Part shown: in pieces, positions 27,701 to 41,647 of the stretch
Position numbering within the stretch: the stretch's first letter is position 1
How the letters are laid out: the number at the start of each line of letters is the position of its first letter
Assembly (NCBI GenBank): GCA_051362555.1
Contig: CM120646.1
Location: 22,258,001-22,322,000, forward strand
Direction of reading: 5' to 3'
Length of the DNA stretch: 64,000 nucleotides
Source: Lingula anatina
Taxonomy: Eukaryota; Animalia; Brachiopoda
Translations under genes and position numbers: made by a program
The notes under the pieces: model-generated
Database searches by the model: none
Told to the model about the DNA's origin: nothing
What the model saw: the letters and a program-made list of their open reading frames with translations, nothing else

Positions 27701-30700
27701 GTAGCGAGAAGTTGAACATAACGCGGCCTGATGGAAAAGTCTAGTAGGAAGTAACACCTGTCTTGTAGCGCCTCCTTAGACAGCCAGGTGTCATGTACGC
27801 GATAGTCCTCTGTTAACTACAGGACTCGTCCCCCCCCCCTCTTTCATCTGTACAGCCACGCTCCGTCCCAGATTTCAACCTACTTGCGTCACGCTATCCC
27901 CAACCTGTATGTATCTAATGGTGGGCGTGGTCTCTGTAAGCTTTCAGTTTCTTTACATATCTTTGCATTTGGCAGCCACCATTTTATAATACGATTTCTG
28001 TATAAAGTACCCACTTCAATTCTCTTCATGCAGAACCACTTAATACCACGATGTTGTAGTAGTGCTGTTGAATATTTAAAGACACATAATAGGATAGCTG
28101 TGTAGGAGGGTACTTAGCGTTTCATTTACTCACTGGAGTAAGCAACATGGCTTCAGTGGTGTAAACATTCATCTCCACACCTCAACAAATCAGAACTGTA
28201 TATTACACGGGGAACCCGCTTATCTCCATTTGAATGAGGCTTCCCCCTTACAGCAAACACTGAAAGTGATACAGGTCTCTGTACGTATACATCTCTGCTG
28301 GATACTTGGAAGTAATATTGATTTGGTTTTGCACATGTGTGCTTTGAAGTTAAATGACAAAGTATGATTGATAGATTATAATTACCTACATGTATATGGC
28401 AACTCTGGGCGTGAGGCCCATATCGGGTGGTTTGGGGTATTGTGGGTGGTGGCGACTGATTTATAAAAATGATGTTAAAATAAGAACGTTTCATATTCTT
28501 ATTTTTAAACAAAACATCAATCTAGCATAATTCAAAGTGATTGATTGTTGTATTGACACACCTTTTTGCATCTGGTCATTATAAAAGCGCTGGTTCTATT
28601 TTCTTTAAAACACCCACGCGATGTACAATGTGATAGATAGGTAATCGAAGCCGGTGTGCCAGGGATGGTGGTCCGAGATCCAATGGAGCTAATTGTGTGA
28701 TCAGCTTTTAATTTTGCAGTGTGTTTACAAGTGAAACTACGAAATGTCCCATTCCGTTGTAAAGAAACAGAGGTTCCACGTAACAAAAAAAACCGCCCTT
28801 CAATACCAATAGAATTGTATTGTTTAGCGTTAACATGACGTTAGCGGTCAGAATCTAAGAAGGGGATTTCCTGCACAAATCACTGGGAACTAGACCCTGT
28901 ATCACGGGGGACTCTCTCGTACACGATATGCAGTGTGACAGGAATGGTAGTCCGCTAGGAACCGTAGTCCGTTCCCCATTACTGTGTACAGGGAAAATTT
29001 GTTCCACAACTGGCAATAATACTCCGACTAACCCTAACCTGTACCTATTATATGGGGGAATGGACTTCCATTCCTAGGATTACCATTCCTGTCAGGTGGC
29101 CATATTTTTTGAGATACACATCACATCGAAGTAACGCTCGAGTCAGAACTTTTCCTTGCTTTCGTTCTTTCTTTGGATGATTACTGATTTATGGAAATCG
29201 TTCGTCTGATGTCTTCTTTTTTATCTTAACGATTCAGGTGACTATTCTTGTATGTTTTGGACAGTCTATGTAGGCACTTCTAAGTTATTTATTAAAATAT
29301 TAAGATATAAACTATTTAAAAATAATTTACTGCGTAAAGTATGGTTTAAAAAATCTTGTCCACAATTTTAAAATATTAAGTTGCCATCATTTAAGGGTTG
29401 GTTTTATCTGCTTACTGTTATGTCTCAATCATACATTTCTTATTTCAAATCGATTTTTCACCTCAAGCACAGGGAAAAAAGTTGCACGACACAATATCCA
29501 CACGCAATGTGATTATGATGCTTTACATTTACATTGTAATTTGCCAAGTTTAGATCGTTTTCTTTTTCTCGATGGCATACGTAGACAATAGCGGTGAACA
29601 TTGTGTGGGAACCCAGTGACTGATTCTCTTTTGTTGCTTGTCGTAACTTTATGAACCAGGGAACAAAACATCATCAAAATGAAGATATTGTTACAACCAT
29701 TGGTTTTGTCAGCTTCAAGGTTTTCTTTTTTACGTTAACAATACATTTACATCCAAACAGTTAACATTAGTTCTTTGAAGCTTATAAACCGCAGCTAATA
29801 TACCGCTCTTTATCGCAAGTTACAGGAAATAAGGCATTCAATTTGTAACCCCACTCTTCCTGTTAAGAACAATGTTTATTTATATGAAGAGGACTACATT
29901 ACTTTCACATTGGTGATAATTTACATTCAATTGTCGGGTAAAGTCCCTGCATTAGAAATACTTGTCATGGGGGCTACGTTCTTTGTTTGGCTTGTGTTAT
30001 ACAAGCAACGCTGATAGTTTTGATTTGAAAACAAGAGAGTCCCATAGATTATTTGGGTGTTTTTTCCTGTGTGTCCCTTTATACGTTGCTATTGTCAGTT
30101 ATGTATAAACAAGCTGTGCTCATATATCTTTCAAAAGTTTAAAGTCATGAATTTGCGTGTTAGAGAAGCAGAGCCGAGGTGACAAGGCAGTAATTTATCC
30201 GTTACATTAGTTGATTGGAAAACGACTTCAGAGATTACCTATAAGTTTTCTGTTGAAGTTGAAGTTGACAGGAGGGTCTGTGTCATGTGACAACCGCGGC
30301 GATATGTCCTTGTGGAATGTGGGCCAAGTAGAAAAACTTCCAACCACTGGTGCTGACTTGAATATATTGGTTGATATGCCTGGAAGAGGGTAAAGGCATT
30401 TTTCTGTTCCAGGAAACTGGCTGTCTTATAACTTTCATCTTATTTGGGCGTTTCTGGGGTTAGCCTTGGGTGAATTTGAGCATGTTGCTTTATTCCTTGA
30501 AATTAATAACATAAAGCACTTGTTCAAGGTGCGCTGCATGCCTTTGGGTAATTATTTAATGTTTCTAACCTTTATTCTGTTCACATCGTTCCTATATTTG
30601 CATTTTACATTTATCTGTTAAGGCTGATGTTGAATTTTTCAACACCCGTATTGAGAGAGATAATTGAAAATACTGATATTTACATCATGTCATGTTTTTA

Positions 30701-32163
30701 TAAGGCAAGAATAGCACTGATGTATAAATGAAAGGTAATGTACATCAAGGTAGCATTTTCGGAGTGAAGGTAAGATGAGGAAAATACGTCAAATTTTATC
30801 TGGTTTTGCTAGCAATATATCAACTGTTTTTCTCAAAACATTGCCTCTGCTTTAAACTGTAGGGCGTTACGTAAATAAAAACATTTTCTTTAGCAATATA
30901 TTATGCTGCCATGATTTTATTTCCAGCAGACCTCTTTTAACAATTGGAGAAATGTAATAACGTTCATCGTTGGTGGCTCGAGTCTGTTGGAAGTTTAGAT
31001 CTGTAAATGCCTCAAACAGATACTCAGTCATTTTTTGTGATGTATGACACCAGTTTTGTAACAAAAAGGAATCCTTTACAGCCAGTGGTGCATTACTTTG
31101 ATTCATCGTATCCTTTAAAGTGCACAACATCGGTTTAAATGGATTGCTTGACAGTTATCAAATTTCACCAGCTGCTAATCGTCAAAATGTATTATTCTGA
31201 GTAAGCCAGGACAACGGTGCGTACGCCATTTTAATGTGCTGAGCTACGATTGCATAAGCAAATATAAAGCCTCGTCAGTGTTTGATTGAGGAAGCGAAGC
31301 AGTGGTTTTAATGCATTTCTTCCATTTACCATCAGATCAAATATAATATGACGCATTTCAAAGCAAACGAGATTAATGTGAAACCCCTATGACGTGTTGA
31401 GCAAAAGTGTAAAAAGGCAAAAATAGTTAAATTTAATTTAAAGGAACATCCTCTCCTATTATATTAAATGTAAATATAATACAGCGTCTGCCACAGCATA
31501 ATGTAATGAAATACCACAACACGTTACCTGAGAATTCAACCAGTCCCCCAATGTGAACATGAACTTTAACGGAGGTTTGAAACACTTTATTATTTCCCCA
31601 GCGTCGTCTTGTGTCCTGACATCACTCTCTCATGAGATGCCTCAGGAAATGCCGATACTCACACGATAATTTAAATGGGCATATACGCACATAATATCTA
31701 TTCTCTTTTTACTCAAGTAGGTGTTCAAAATGATGGAAAAAACACGTTGTAGACTAGGTATCTTTTATTGACTGACGTCAGTCAAGACTGGTGTTGCATT
31801 GCGTGCAAAGAAACAAAGCGCAGGCATCGATACAAACACAGTGTATTCTGATTGATAGAAACAGCCTTAAGTTACTTGGATTTTCTAAATTCCGAGACGC
31901 CTCAGCGTTTTGGGGTCCTGTGAACTGTTCACTGCGATCGCGTTTCATTGTTGCATTATTGAGAGGCCAGCAATGTTCACTGTGTCGATATTAGATTTAC
32001 GATGATTGAAAAATGCATTTGACAATCATCGATTTAAGGTAACTTCATTTAGGCCCCTGATCATCTTGTGAGCGGTGCCATAGATTTGCTTTGAAAATGA
32101 GACGTTTTATGAGAAACACTGAGTTATTGACGGACGACCAATATATCTGGTTTTGTCTCTTCT

Positions 32164-32167
<4 letters not shown>

Positions 32168-32242
<75 letters not shown>
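32168..32242. repeat. (TA)n microsatellite
   Basis: Pure TA dinucleotide run of ~75 bp. Confidence 0.95.
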
Positions 32243-32245
<3 letters not shown>

Positions 32246-32450
32246 GCCATACTGCCATCTATTTTACGTTTGTCTTTATTTAACTTTAAACTTGCTATCT
32301 AATTCCACGGCGTGAGGCGTCTTCTCTTGTGGTGTCGCTGTCTACTGTCGTTTCAACCATATATGGCACTGACACATGCTTCTGTCAAATACAAACCTGA
32401 TTACGGGCCGGATGTATGCTGTATGTCATATTTTGTTTCTTTTATTCCAG

Positions 32451-32527
32451 ACGTGGCCCTCGCCTTGGAAGGTTCCTGAGGCTGATATCTGAATAAAGTT
32501 TCTGACTGTTCAAAGAAGAAACTAACT
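32451..32527 (+). other. Candidate non-coding 5'-UTR exon of the GPCR gene
   Basis: Strong acceptor TTTTGTTTCTTTTATTCCAG| and donor ACT|GTGAGT around a 77-nt ATG-free segment; a further acceptor TTTTGCAG| at 36667 precedes the GPCR ORF. Confidence 0.45.
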
Positions 32528-33660
32528 GTGAGTAACATTCGTTATTTTCATTTTATTGCTTAAAATTGTCAGAATCAGTACATTCATGAGCCTGGTCATA
32601 AGATAGTTTAAGATATTTCAATAACTATTTTCAAATACCAAACCACGTAGGAATAAAATTTATCTGGCTAAAATTGACATTTATCTTCTCAATCCAATTT
32701 TCATAAAGGTCACGTATCTCCCTCCTGTTTTATCATTTGAAAACTAGTGTCTCTTGGTCCACACTCTTCCCAAGCACAGGAAGAGTAAAGACAGTTTCCT
32801 TTTTTTCATTTACGTTACTCTTACTTGACAATTTTTGGCGCTACATTTCTTTATTTCAATTTTACTGAATAAATACATTTATTTATATGTTATCTTTTAT
32901 ATTTTACGTTAATTAATGCGAGGAAAAAGTTCCATACCCTTTTGTGTGTATTCGCATGGATATTAATAATGACTTCCATGAAATCCCGTCACTTAACTGT
33001 CAATATCCTACAAAACATAACTCATAAATTAGAGCGCTATTAATCCAATTTGCAAACGGTGACTCAAATATCCGATTTTAATCGATGGTGATCACTCCAG
33101 CGTCACATGAGATCAGTTAATTAGGTACGTCAAACCCGCTGATGTTTTAATGGCTGTTCTATTCCTGGTAGTCACATCATTAAGCTCTAGGTATACATCT
33201 GCTGTTGTTTTTATGAACATTGGTTCACTTTGAAGTTTCCCAGTGAAGTAATGCTGATTGTAGGATTAAACATTTCTCAAGTACATTGAAAAATAACAGT
33301 CGACGCAAGCAAAAGAATAAATAAAAAGAATTAGTAGAAAAAGTGAAAATAACATTTGGTATAATATGCATTCCATAAAAGAATAAATAGAAACGATTAA
33401 CAGAAATAGTGAAAATTACATTTGTATTTCATAAAGAGACTCATGGTAATTATTTTAAAGGAAACTTTTTACAACTTGGAGTATAAGAAAATGGTTACAT
33501 TTAGTAAGGAAGCCCCATTTCATTTTGCAATAAAATTTATTTTATCATTAAGTTTTGCAAACTTAACGATCTTCTTATCTTCAGTGAACACCTTGATTAA
33601 TGCTGCAATGTAAAAGGCAATGCGGGAAGCACAGTAAACCTTTAAAGCACTCCCCAAACT

Positions 33661-33964
33661 ACCCCCCTACCAAAAGCGTGTCACCCCTATTGCAGTTTGT
33701 AAAACGATACGGAAAATTAGGTGACAAACCAGTTCTGCGGGCTGAAATTCTATCTCTTTCACCAAGGGACTGTATTTTTAAACTATAAGAGGTGTTGGAG
33801 CATTTCAATGGTTACGTTTGACAGGTTAACAAACTATTTGTTGCGTACCTCATTTAATGGTGATCGGTTGTCTAATCGTTACGTAAAAGTGCATTGAAAA
33901 CTACGGGTACTCTTGTAGCACTGTACATAAATGTGGTAGGGGTGACACGTTCTGATAGGGGGTT
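33661..33964. mobile_element. MITE-like element with inverted termini
   Basis: ACCCCCCTACCAAAAGCGTGTCACCCCTA versus TAGGGGTGACACGTTCTGATAGGGGGTT ~300 bp apart. Confidence 0.55.
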
Positions 33965-35168
33965 AAGCTGCAATTATTATTATTATTTTCATTATTATTA
34001 TTATTATTTTACAGTATGTTAACAGACGGGTCTGTCGAATGTTTCTGCGTATATGACATGCAGGACTTTCAGACGAACAAATACTATGACTCATGTCAAT
34101 GTGTCTTGCATTGCTATTCATACACTCAGATTAATTTGGGAAAGGAGACGGAATGTGTCGAGACAGATGAAATCCTAGCAGACTAAAATCACGCACAAAG
34201 CCAGTTCGGATATCTATAGCTACAAACTCAGCTAACATTCACAACATCCGATGAATAATCCAACATGTATCTGTTCAAACCTCCCATTATTCCATTGGTG
34301 CTCTGAATAACGCTTGGCGTATTAAATTCAATTCCACAAAAATCAAAAATCAATATTACCAATATACTTTTGTTATGCGTCGTCACATATACTTAGGGTA
34401 GAGGGACCTGTTTAATGTAACAATTGCTACATAACATGCATATGTCTGTCATCCAATATGAATTATAAAGGTTTCCGTCTCAATAAAATACAATAACTGA
34501 AGCTTCTTTCAAGAGTCCTGGAAATCGTACGTTTTGTCAACACTATGTTTCAGCAAACATTATGGCGTTGCTTGAGTGTTGTGTTTGACAGAGCTCACGC
34601 TTTGAAAAAAAAACAATTTATCTGACTGGCGTGACTACTGTTTTGCAACAAGATAAAACGTGAAAAGCTGCATTTATTTGTTTTAAATGGACATAGCGTA
34701 TGATTTTAAACACACGCTAAGTACGTATACCACTTCTTGCTAAATTTATCTTAGGACAGTCAATACTATACATTTATCATTTCTTTCAAGTTTGCCAGGA
34801 TTGTTTGGAACAAATACGGATATCGATAAAAGATCGGATTGCTTATTAAGGATTCGAGCGCAAATTTCTAGGAAAAATAATGGGTATTTGGGTATTGCCT
34901 TTCCTCTAGTTTAAATTTGATGTGGATCTGAATCGCAGCAAATATGATGGTAAGCAAGACAACATAATGTGAAATCAAGGCATCTCACAGCTATTACATG
35001 GTCAATTTCATAAATGACGACCTGCAATTTCCGAAGGGAAGGGAAACAAGAATATCATCCGGTATACATCAATTTAGGCGATCTGATTGCTGCTTTGTGT
35101 TTTGATGTAATAACGTTTTTCATAATGAAGGTCGGTGGGGTGACCGTGCTGTTTCGTCGTATTGAAAT

Positions 35169-35210
<42 letters not shown>

Positions 35211-35453
35211 CATAAAGATCTGCACTTGACATTAAAACAACACGAGGTTATTTTTCCCATTACGGCACGATAAATTACCTTTACTCAAGCAAATTCACGT
35301 TTAGACAATACCATAAATGTTTTCAATCAGAACAAAAACGTTAAGTGGTCCGTATGGAAAATAAATCACCAGAAACACTTTTTGGACCCACGAAAATGCA
35401 CCACATGTTGAGAAGGTGGTCACTTGGTTTTCACTAACAGAGCAATTTATGTG

Positions 35454-35487
<34 letters not shown>

Positions 35488-37167
35488 GTGATGAAATAGC
35501 TACTCGGTATAAGTTAGGCTGTCCTAATATGTAAGCAAATGTGGTACAATTGAGTATTTAATTTGACTTTTATCATAATTTTTTTTCAGTTTCCTAAATC
35601 ATGGTTTTTGATTCAATGTATTTTTTAGCTTTATTTGATAAAAAGGCAAAACGGAAATCAAAATGATATGACATGATATGATTTAATTTTTAAAATTTAA
35701 ATTATTATACGATTTGGTTTACGTGTCAGCTGCGCTGAATAGTTTGTTTGTTTGTTTGTTTTATTTCATTTTTTTTTTTTTTTTGCGTCAAATGTGAGGT
35801 GTATCAAAATTAGAGAAAGAGAGAGAGAGAGGTATAAAGCGTAAAATATTACCATTTAGATATATCGTGACTTGTGTTGTGTTTTGAAAGTGCGTTCGTA
35901 ATGTCCTCAACTGTTGAGAAAAGTATTTAATAGCGGCATTTAATTGACGATAAACATTTCCAATGGATCAAACGCGTGGAATCCTCTTACACAGCCTTCC
36001 TAATGATAACAAAGATTAACTCGGTAATAGTGGTGATTTTAGTCTCATGTTGCTAGCTGTCAATTCCTGGGAAAATTTTATTACTACGGCAAGTCATTAT
36101 AATGCGTGATTAACAGTTTTATCTTTCTCTATTTTATCATTATTATTTTGAGCAGTTTTTGAGCATAATTTATGTGATTAACTTGGGCATTACATTTAGC
36201 GAAAGTTCCTCAAGTTCAAATGTTTGTGCCTCCAACTGGATGCCTCATTTCTTTCCTGAACAGTGTGTTTTCTCACCTTATTTATGACGTCCAAAAATGT
36301 AAACAAAAATCGCAGAGCTTGAAAAAGTTCAATATTATTAGAAAATGAAGGGAATGGGGTATTTACTGACCTTACATTTTCCTACTTCAAAATATCTTGT
36401 GGTTATTATAACTTTTTTTGAAAAATAAAGCATAAGAGGAACAGATTATAAAGTCCTACGCTCAAAACCTTTAACAGTAGTCGTTTCATTTAAGTTTCTT
36501 TACGTTTAACTGACGCTGCGTTTTGTGTAATCGAATGATCCATAATGTAGATGTAATTAATCAATAGAAAAGCTTTTGTGCACAAAGTTTATGTTACTTA
36601 AAGCATCATTAATATATTTACTGTTATGTATAATCATTCTGTTATGTATGATTCGTGTGTTTTGCAGATATATTGACTTGTGCTTCTTGTAAAGACGTCA
36701 GAACTGGACGGCTAAGTGGCTGATCAGGATTGCAGACTTCCTGGAGCATCACAATGAATAGAGTGGATGATGTACGTGACTACATGTGCTAATGATCAAG
36801 GGAGTTGTACCATTTGATAGACAATTATTGTGACCGCTGATGCCGCTATTAAAGCGACTGCTCGGAAGGAAACGGAGCATTCAGTCGTTTCAGCTCGTTG
36901 GCATTTTGGAAACGCCGCTCTTTTTTGCTTTGGTATCTATATTTACTCATTAACAAGACTGGTCGCAATTAAGTGACAATTTCACATAAGTCAGTCTAGC
37001 AGTTTGGACAGTTTTACTACGCTTTTCTTGTTTGTTTTGGAAGCACATATAACATTTTCATGTATTGGAGATAGCGCATCGAACCCTCTGGTAAAACAAC
37101 ATGTTGAACAACAATTGAAGAATTTTGAAACAAGAGTCACTTCTTTAAAAATGATATTGAAAGACTC

Positions 37168-38487
37168 ATGGTCAGTCCGGGGTACATTGCGGGTTTGATA
37201 AGTTCTAAATATATCATAAACCTAGGAAAGAAAACAATGGCATTGGGCAGTTCAGAAAATGTCACATTTCTGAACGAAACAAGAGTATGGCTTGAGCCTG
37301 TCACAGAAAGCGTACTGATGTTAAGCGGACAAGAGGACAATTCATCTTATCACCGTAAAGAAGAATATATTGAGTATTTTGTGGGAAAAGCCATTTTTGA
37401 ATTTGTTCCTCCATTCTTGCTCGTACTTGGGACATTGGGAAATATGTTGTGTTTTTGGGTCCTCAGGAGTCGATACATGAGAGGTATAACAGTGGCGTTC
37501 TTTCTGTCAGTATTGGCGTGGTCGGATACTGCAGTTTTATGGCTGGGACTCTCGCGACACATGGTCAGAACATACACCGGATATGACATCAGAATGGCGC
37601 ATGCGTCCGTGTGCAAACTACAACGGTTTCTTCTCTACACAGCATTAGATTATTCCCCGTGGGTTCTAGTCGCCGTGACGATAGAACGTTTCATCTCAAT
37701 TTGCTACCCGTACAAAGCGCACTCTCTGTGCTCAAAGAGGCGAGCGAAAATAGCAGTTGCAATCATTGCCGTGGCGGTGGTTTTGAAGAATGCCCACGTG
37801 TTTGGTACGGTGGATTTTGTAACTGAACCAGGGACAAACAAAACTGTGTGCGGGTATCCGTCTGGAGACATTAAATATTTCTGGACTCTGGTTTTGCCAT
37901 GGGTCGTTTTGTGTATATACGCTATTGGACCATTCACGACCATGTTGGTATTAAACGGACTGCTGATATGCGAGCTTTGGAGATCAAAACGGTACCACCA
38001 GACCATGGCGCCGACTAAAAACAAAACCGACACCAGTCCGCAAGCGAAACACATTGACACGTCAGTCTCCATGACGATCATGCTTTTGGTTGTGACATTT
38101 ATGTTCGTTCTTCTAGCCTCTCCCAGTTTCATTAACTTGATTATAGAGCCTTATTGGAAGCGCCCGGACGGTCACGAGAAAGCTGTACATTACCTTGTTC
38201 AGTCGTTGGTCCTGATGTTAACATACACCAATCATTCCATTAACTTCATATTGTATGCCCTAAGCGGCAAACGATTCCGCGTCGTTCTTCGGCGCATGCT
38301 CTGTGCGCAGTGGAAGTCACGTGACAAAGACTACAGGCTAACCAGGTGGGGTTCAGATGATGACATGTACCCCGTCAGCGATTATGCTGCCACCAAGATC
38401 AGCAATCTGAACCTAGCGCCTAGAATTAACAATGGAAACGGAGCGAAAACTATCAAGCCTAAACTTCCGGTTGCGAGCCATGTGTAA
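37168..38487 (+). CDS. Rhodopsin-class (class A) 7TM GPCR, FMRFamide/sex-peptide-receptor-like orphan peptide receptor; intronless CDS
   Basis: 439-aa ORF with seven hydrophobic helices: TM1 GTLGN, TM2 LAWSD, TM3 C...ERFISICYP, ECL2 Cys, TM5 IGPF, TM7 NHSINFILY, helix 8 GKRFR. N-terminal N-glycosylation sequons (NVT, NET, NSS). True start may be the ATG at 37237 (AAAACAATGG). AATAAA at 38795-38800. Confidence 0.95.
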   Translation: MVSPGYIAGLISSKYIINLGKKTMALGSSENVTFLNETRVWLEPVTESVLMLSGQEDNSSYHRKEEYIEYFVGKAIFEFVPPFLLVLGTLGNMLCFWVLRSRYMRGITVAFFLSVLAWSDTAVLWLGLSRHMVRTYTGYDIRMAHASVCKLQRFLLYTALDYSPWVLVAVTIERFISICYPYKAHSLCSKRRAKIAVAIIAVAVVLKNAHVFGTVDFVTEPGTNKTVCGYPSGDIKYFWTLVLPWVVLCIYAIGPFTTMLVLNGLLICELWRSKRYHQTMAPTKNKTDTSPQAKHIDTSVSMTIMLLVVTFMFVLLASPSFINLIIEPYWKRPDGHEKAVHYLVQSLVLMLTYTNHSINFILYALSGKRFRVVLRRMLCAQWKSRDKDYRLTRWGSDDDMYPVSDYAATKISNLNLAPRINNGNGAKTIKPKLPVASHV

Positions 38488-41265
38488 AACTTGGGAAAGG
38501 CATGACTGAATTGACTTCAGATTTAGTTTATGTTTACTGTTGATACACCATGCCGCACCACAATGGTTCTTAACGTAACACTCCGTGATTCAATGCTACA
38601 CGTACACTTCTATGTCATATTGGGCGTATCCTGTTGATTAAACAGTATTAATTTTTGATTTAGTTCAGAATGAGCTTATTCCGGTTAATGGAAACTATTT
38701 TTGTTTCTAAAATGTATTATGTGATGTTAAAATAAGCTGAGCAATACCAGTGTGTCAGTTTAGTGCTGTCTTCAATACCGTTTTCCTTCACATGAATAAA
38801 ACGACGTAAATATATTATTCTTGTAAAAGTCCCCTCCTTCAATATTTTAAAAAACGCAGATTGATTTGAGTGGGTGTCGAACTCAACATGCCTGTTTTGG
38901 GATTAAAATAAGGCAAATATTTGCTTTGTAGCTTAAACTGATAAAAAGACATTAAAAATTACGTTTGTCATTCCAGCATCAGTTATGGAATAACGGTTGA
39001 TATTATTTGTTCATGACAAGTAAGGGAAGTTTCAATCTGATTTAGATAAAGTACGGTAAATGCGTCAAAGTATCTCAAATTTGTCATTCCGTTAGTTGAG
39101 AAGGAACGCAGTACCGACGGACGCAATCGCAATGATGTCTCCATCAAAAAGTCTTTTTACATCCTTGTTTGTCATAAAAATAGCTGAAAAGCTACTTTAA
39201 GTTGTCTTTCACGTCTTCCAATATAACTGTGCCGAGAGTGAGGCTCCGATTAGGCGTTTCTCTTACGTAATAAGCATCAAAAAATTCTGAATACCTTATT
39301 TCATGTTTTCTTATTTTCTAAAATAGGACACGAACACGAAAATTGTCAATTTTTTCTAATGGCGAAATCATAAGGTTTTAGTGGCCAAAAATTGAGATGT
39401 AAAAAGTAAGATTACCATGTTGATAAAATATTCGAGTTGGTCAATTACAAAAATTCAGGAGTATATGTGTATGATAATCCAATTAGAAAGTCACCGTCTT
39501 CAGTTATCATTTGGGTAGTAAGATGAAGAAGATAGCTATGACTTGCTGCGTCTTGTGTATAGTTGCACATTAAATGATCAAACATTCTTCTTTTTGTCGA
39601 TTGAGGGATCGGGGATAAGTCGGTGGGGGGAGGGGGGCATGTTTCCAACCGCCTTAGGCCCACTTTTCCGTGCGGTATTGAAATAACAAGGGAATAAACG
39701 TACATTGACAGTACTTGTCTAATTTGAAACGTGGGTGCTGTTTATAACACTTTATGAACTTGGGGCGGGAGATTTATCTCCCTTCCTTTCCGAAACCCTG
39801 ATTTCGACCCCGTCGGGGCAGCGTTCCAGTCCCATATCTAGAAATACTACTGCAGGATTGCTCATCATTGCTCGAATTTTCAGTTACCTTACGGTAAAAT
39901 ATATTACTCTGGGAATCAAAAACCAGGTGTTCCAAATGCTCGTCTCTTCTCTTACAAATTGCGGTTTTGTATCGTTTTTATATAGCCATTGGATGATAGA
40001 AGAAAGCCGGCTGGATAGCTTACTCAGTAATAGACCAGGTGAGCTAAGATACTTTAAGTGCCCTTTTTACTAGTTCATTGGTGTGCAACATGATGGCTGG
40101 ATTGAGGTGACGGTTCTTATTCACGTAAGGAGGGGGGTTGCTCAGGTAAGCTTAAATACAGTACATCGACTGTACGCGTTGAAGTATAATATGCACTGCT
40201 TGACTGTCCTGGACTTAGACAAAAACGTAGAAACCCAGTGCAATGGACATCAGGAAGGTTTCCAGATATTTGAACAGTTGACGGTTATTCTTTAAAGAGT
40301 ATTTGAAAGGACAATGGCATTCTTAACCCATACAAAAGTTGAAATCCCAAAATGACATTTTATCTTTTTCTTTTTGTGCTATAAGTTGAAGAAGGAGAGG
40401 TTCGTACTCAGTAGTCCCCTTGTTTCCCGCCTTATTAATGTATATGCACATAAATTCGACATGGTTGTGAGCAATTGTACATGTAACAGCCTGGAGTATG
40501 ATGTTCTACCAACATATTGCATTGGATTGGGGCAAACATCAAAAATATTTTAGTGGTGGTGAGATAGATAGGGCCTACAGTTCCTTTCTTCAATTTAGAG
40601 TTCAATTGACCGATTATCAAAATGAATTGCTTTATTAAGCTGGCAGGGTGGGTAGTCATGCACGAGAGCTCGAGTCCCCTGTGGTACAGGGTCTGGGTCC
40701 CATTGCTTTGTACAGGTACGTCCCGTCCTAGATTTTGACCCACTAACGTCACGCCAACTCTAACCTGTATAGATCTAGTAAAGGGCGGACTCTCTTACAC
40801 GGGCATGCCATCAGTTTCTTCATGCTGGTATAGGTACTGGTGTCTGATTTTCCAGGCTGATGTTAAGACTTTCGCGGTAGAGGGTATTTCCAGGTAAACA
40901 GAAATAGCTGATGACTTGGAATGTGTGTTCCTCCACACGTGCAGTTTCTGTCTATATTGCGTTATATGACTGAGTCACGCTGTTAGTAATTATGACTGAT
41001 TCTGTACAAAGGTAGCTTTGTGAATCACTTGCAAAGATACATACCGGTAAGAAGGCTGCTCGTAAGTATTGAGCAGACAGACATATCTGTCTGCGTTTTG
41101 CAAAAAAAGAACGCAGGATTCACAATGTCTGTAGATTAGATGCTTAAATGTGACTTTTAAACTCTCAAGCTCTTAACCACGCAATTTGATAATGATATTA
41201 ATGTAGGCTTAACGCATTTTATTTACAATTTCATTTCAGAATCGAAAGAGTCTTATATTTAAAAA

Positions 41266-41597
41266 ATGGCTACCCAAGAATCGGACGCCCAGGAAATTCA
41301 ACAGCGATTTACCTTTAAACAGCTGGCGAAATACAAGAGGATATTCAACATATTTGACATTAAGAAGGATGGTGTAGTTAGTGTGAAGGAAATGGCAGCA
41401 ATGGCTAAAAAATTAGGTTACAATCTTGATAAAACTAAAATAGAGGTAGGCAAAGATGCATTACAGTAAACAAGCAAATGTAGAGCGATCTAAAATACTG
41501 TTATTAAAATACTGTTTTTATTATTCGAACAATCATACTGCCTTCTAATACATGCAGTTGTTGCTATCATTCATCAAGCTTTATTGAAGAAATACTA

Positions 41598-41647
<50 letters not shown>

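Noticed and set aside
37350-38132. Antisense and alternative-frame ORFs of 71-142 aa
   Set aside because: Shadow ORFs of the GPCR coding sequence.
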